Below are positions 60,571 to 64,000 of a stretch of DNA of 64,000 bases, in pieces. How positions within the stretch are numbered: position 1 is the stretch's first letter; each line of letters starts with the position of its first letter. The notes beneath the pieces were generated by a model. That model made no database searches. It was not told the origin of the DNA and was given only the letters and a program-made list of their open reading frames with translations. Source of the DNA: Octopus vulgaris (Eukaryota); assembly GCA_951406725.2 (NCBI GenBank), contig OX597815.1, forward strand, positions 64,356,001-64,420,000, read 5' to 3'. Both the position numbers and the translations under genes were made by a program.

Positions 60571-61192
60571 ATATAGATATGCATATATGTATGTATCTAT
60601 CTATGTAAGTACTCTCACACACACATACACACAAACGGCTATACATATTTACTACAAAACAACTACATGTGCATACCCACATAATTAATTTAATTTTGAT
60701 TCATCGTCTAGTATTTATCTAACAGCCAAAAGGGTACCTAACCTAAACAAGAAATACATTGATATGAACGCGAGTCACCTATAACACTCATCATTCCGAC
60801 ATTTCACTGAAATACGTCTGAAATACGAGGTATGAACGCCCACTTTGAATCTAACAAATATATCATCAACCTTCAGTTTAAATTCAAAGGTCATCCAGTA
60901 CATGATCGTCAATAACTTGTTTCCACCCTTACCCTGGGTACTGCTAGAAATGCATGATTTTTCTCAATGTTTCCTCGTTTTTCTTTCTTCCCTTTTGTCT
61001 CCCTATTCCTTACACAGATGTATATTCTAAACAACCGATCACCGACACAGCACTTCTATCCTGTCTGAGCCCGGCAATTATTACCAAAGACAAAACACAC
61101 GACCTCACTGAATTATTTCCTTCCAATGACTGGTCTGACATTTCCAATAAATAGATAACCCTAATAATTGAAACATTGCTTTCCAATTTATT

Positions 61193-61430
61193 TGGAGGCA
61201 CGTGGCTTAGTGATTAAGGTGTTGGACTCATGATCATAAGATTGTGGTTTCGATTCCTGGACCGGGTGGTGCGTCGTGTTCTTAAGCAAAACGCTTCATT
61301 TCTGGTTGCTTCAGTCCACTCAGCTGGCAAAAATGAGTAATTCTGTGACGGATCGGCGTCTCGTCCAGGTGGGGAATATATACACCACAGAAATCGGCCC
61401 TTACGAGCATGGCTCAAGAAGGAAATATTT
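61193..61430 (+). mobile_element. tRNA-derived SINE family C
   Basis: GGAGGCACGTGGCTTAGTGATTAAGG (A box), GGTTTCGATTCC (B box), core-like GTGTTCTTAAGCAAAACGCTT. Confidence 0.8.
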
Positions 61431-61499
61431 CTTCTTTGCCAGTTTAAGATGCACGTTAGAGGGAATGGTGGAGAGGCTAAGAGCAGTTAAAATAATTTA

Positions 61500-61695
61500 A
61501 TCTTTTGCTTGTTTCAGTCATTAAACTACGGCCATGCTGGGACACCACCTTGAAGAAGTTTAGTCGAACGAATCGAACCCAGTACTGTTTTGTTTTGTTC
61601 TCTTTAAAGCCTGGTACTTAGTCTATTGATTTCTTTTGCTCCGGTGGTAGTCAAACACAGACACACGGACACGCAGACACACCACACATACACAT

Positions 61696-61778
<83 letters not shown>

Positions 61779-61861
61779 CATACGACAGTCTTCTTTCAAT
61801 TTCCGTCTACGAAATCCACTCCCAAGGCTTTGGTCGACCTGAGGCTACAGCAGAAGACACT
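61500..61861 (-). mobile_element. Diverged 5'-truncated SINE family A copy
   Basis: CTTGTTTCAGTCATT...GGCCATGCTGG...TTTCCGTCTACGAAATCCACTCCCAAGGCTTTGGTCG is the reverse complement of family A. Confidence 0.85.
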
Positions 61862-62306
61862 CGTCTTGAGTCTTACTTCACTTAGTGGTCGGTCATGTCT
61901 TCGATCTGCTAGAAATAGCACCCAAATTGTCATTTAAATTTAAATCCAACTGTCTTAAATGATGTTACATCAGATAATATAATCCTTTATACAAGACGTC
62001 TTAAATAAGATGTGATGGGTAGTACTGAAACACCTTTGATTGTAACTCGGCTTGTTCACAGCTGATCCCCAGTTAAGTAACAACATCCAGTCGATTCACT
62101 GCTAGGAAATACTACATGAGTTTCAAAAATTTAAGCTAGGATCAATTACTGACTCCAATTCCGCTGCTACATGCACAAGCTAGATAAATCAAAAACTATA
62201 TCAGCTTGGCTGACGAAGAAACTACAGCCTGTTTCTTCTTCTATTACCACTTCCACTACTACGATAGCCACTCCTCCTGCTGGTGCTACTACTACAACTA
62301 CTGCTA

Positions 62307-62402
<96 letters not shown>

Positions 62403-62819
62403 TTCAATTCTTTTGAAATATCAAGTTGTGTCTCATTTACTCTCAAGTATATCCGCTGCACTTACTTTTCCTCTCATCGTTAATTAGGCTGTTTCACTCT
62501 AAAACACCTCAGTCTTTCTGCCTGGGATTATCATTATATTTTTTTGCCGTGTTTCTACTATAGACGCTAGCCTAGGACCGATCAAATCGGACATGGACTA
62601 TTTTGATATCACCAGTCTGCGGGGGATGAAGTGCTGCATGCTCACTTTTAATTTTAATGATTTTTAGCATAGACACAGAACACAGTTGTTTGTGGGTAGC
62701 GGGAAATTAAGCCTACTAACTCAAGTACTTGACTGATTCATAGTTTATTGACCTAGAAATAATAAAGTGTTAAATCGACATTAGCATGATTCGAACTAAA
62801 ACAATAAAGATACAGGGCA

Positions 62820-63006
62820 TAAATATTAATTTCAAATTTTGGCACAAGGCTAGAAATTCCTGTGGGCTGGTTCTTATTTAATCGACCCCGAAAGAATGAC
62901 AGGCAAAGTCGACCTTGGTGGAATTTGAACTCAGAACGTAAAGACAGACGAAATGCCGCTAAATATTTTGCTCAGTGTGCTAACGATTCTGCCAGTTTGC
63001 CGCCTT
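62820..63006 (-). mobile_element. SINE family B copy (an older copy lies at ~62690-62810)
   Basis: TCGACCCCGAAAGAATGACAGGCAAAGTCGACCTTGGTGGAATTTGAACTCAGAACG...GCCGCCTT matches 47620-47746. Confidence 0.88.
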
Positions 63007-64000
63007 ACATGGTATGAATATTGATTCGGTGTCACATTAACAAGAATATCATACAATAAACTCAGTACAAGTTGATTTTCTGTGAAATATCACCACCTAA
63101 ATATTGTTCATTGATTATAGACATCTTGATGTTGTTCAATGGAAGCTGAGATGGTTTCACACAGAGATTTTGCCATAATATTTTTCTTTTGTTTTAGTTT
63201 CAGTTTTAGTCTTTTCCTGCAACGATTGATGAGATTCCATACATTTGTTTGAAAAATAAATTCAAAAGCACAACGAGATTAGATGAACATTTCAACTACA
63301 CAGACTTCTAACAGGATTCACGAGACTGTTGTAAGTTTTCTAAGTTAGAAAATTGACTGGATTCTAATATCTATTCAGTTTTAAAACTGTCGGAATTTTC
63401 CACTTTTAGCTTAGATTATTTAAAGTATAAGTTGATGATCGAAAAATGGCGGCGATTGCCTTGTAACTAACGACACCAGACGATGGTTCGCTGAAGAAGA
63501 CTAGTATAAATGAATAGGTTATATTTGGTTAAATGAAGCCGAATATATTGAATTAAATAGAGAACACTGTATGTGTATAGATAGAAAGCCTTATGCTTCA
63601 GTCTACACTCTTGTAGTATTGATTGTTTTTAATGATGGAAATATTCTTTCCATTATTCCTGCATTCCCCGTGTAATGATGCCATTAAATATCTTCTGCAA
63701 TTTACCAACTTCGAGATGAATTATTCTGCCACTATCGCTATTGGATCTCTCTTAAATATCTAATACGTTCTTGTCCTGGAAAACGCTATAGATGGATTGG
63801 ATTCCATGATCGAGACTCATACTTCTCTTAAATCACTGATGGCTTTGAGAAAGTCATTAACATCACTAAATCCCTTTCCCTATCCCCTACAAATGTGTGG
63901 TGCTGTAAAAAGAAAAAAACTTTTTTCCTTTCCGTCTTCTTTTTAAAAAAGCGAACATACAATTTAATTTAAATATATTTTGAGAAATTTTCAGGAAAAA

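Noticed and set aside
61193-61265. tRNA-like sequence (also at 57815, 46822, 48931)
   Set aside because: These are SINE heads with no proper acceptor stem, continuing into SINE body sequence.

Overview
Eukaryotic, AT-rich, almost entirely non-coding DNA that strongly resembles an Octopus (coleoid cephalopod) genome. This is inferred from the SINE families and the extreme load of (TA)n, (CA)n, (TACA)n, (GATA)n, (AAT)n and (GGT)n microsatellites. Nearly all ORFs in the supplied track are microsatellite artefacts, and no intact protein-coding gene can be identified. Recognisable content is transposon debris: three tRNA-derived SINE families; RTE, HERO-like and R4/Dong-like LINE fragments; a Penelope-like GIY-YIG element; mariner, Tc1 and maT(DD37D)-like transposase remnants; a hAT-type MITE; and two non-coding elements bounded by direct repeats. 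The most notable signals are (i) three minimal hammerhead-ribozyme-like motifs with palindromic stem III, two sharing a non-canonical core, (ii) a thrice-repeated fixed-spacing bipartite 36-37 bp motif at 27.9-29.6 kb that overlaps a candidate minus-strand first coding exon and reads GT...CAG in two copies, and (iii) several isolated candidate exons or regulatory islands. All calls are by eye, and element boundaries are approximate.
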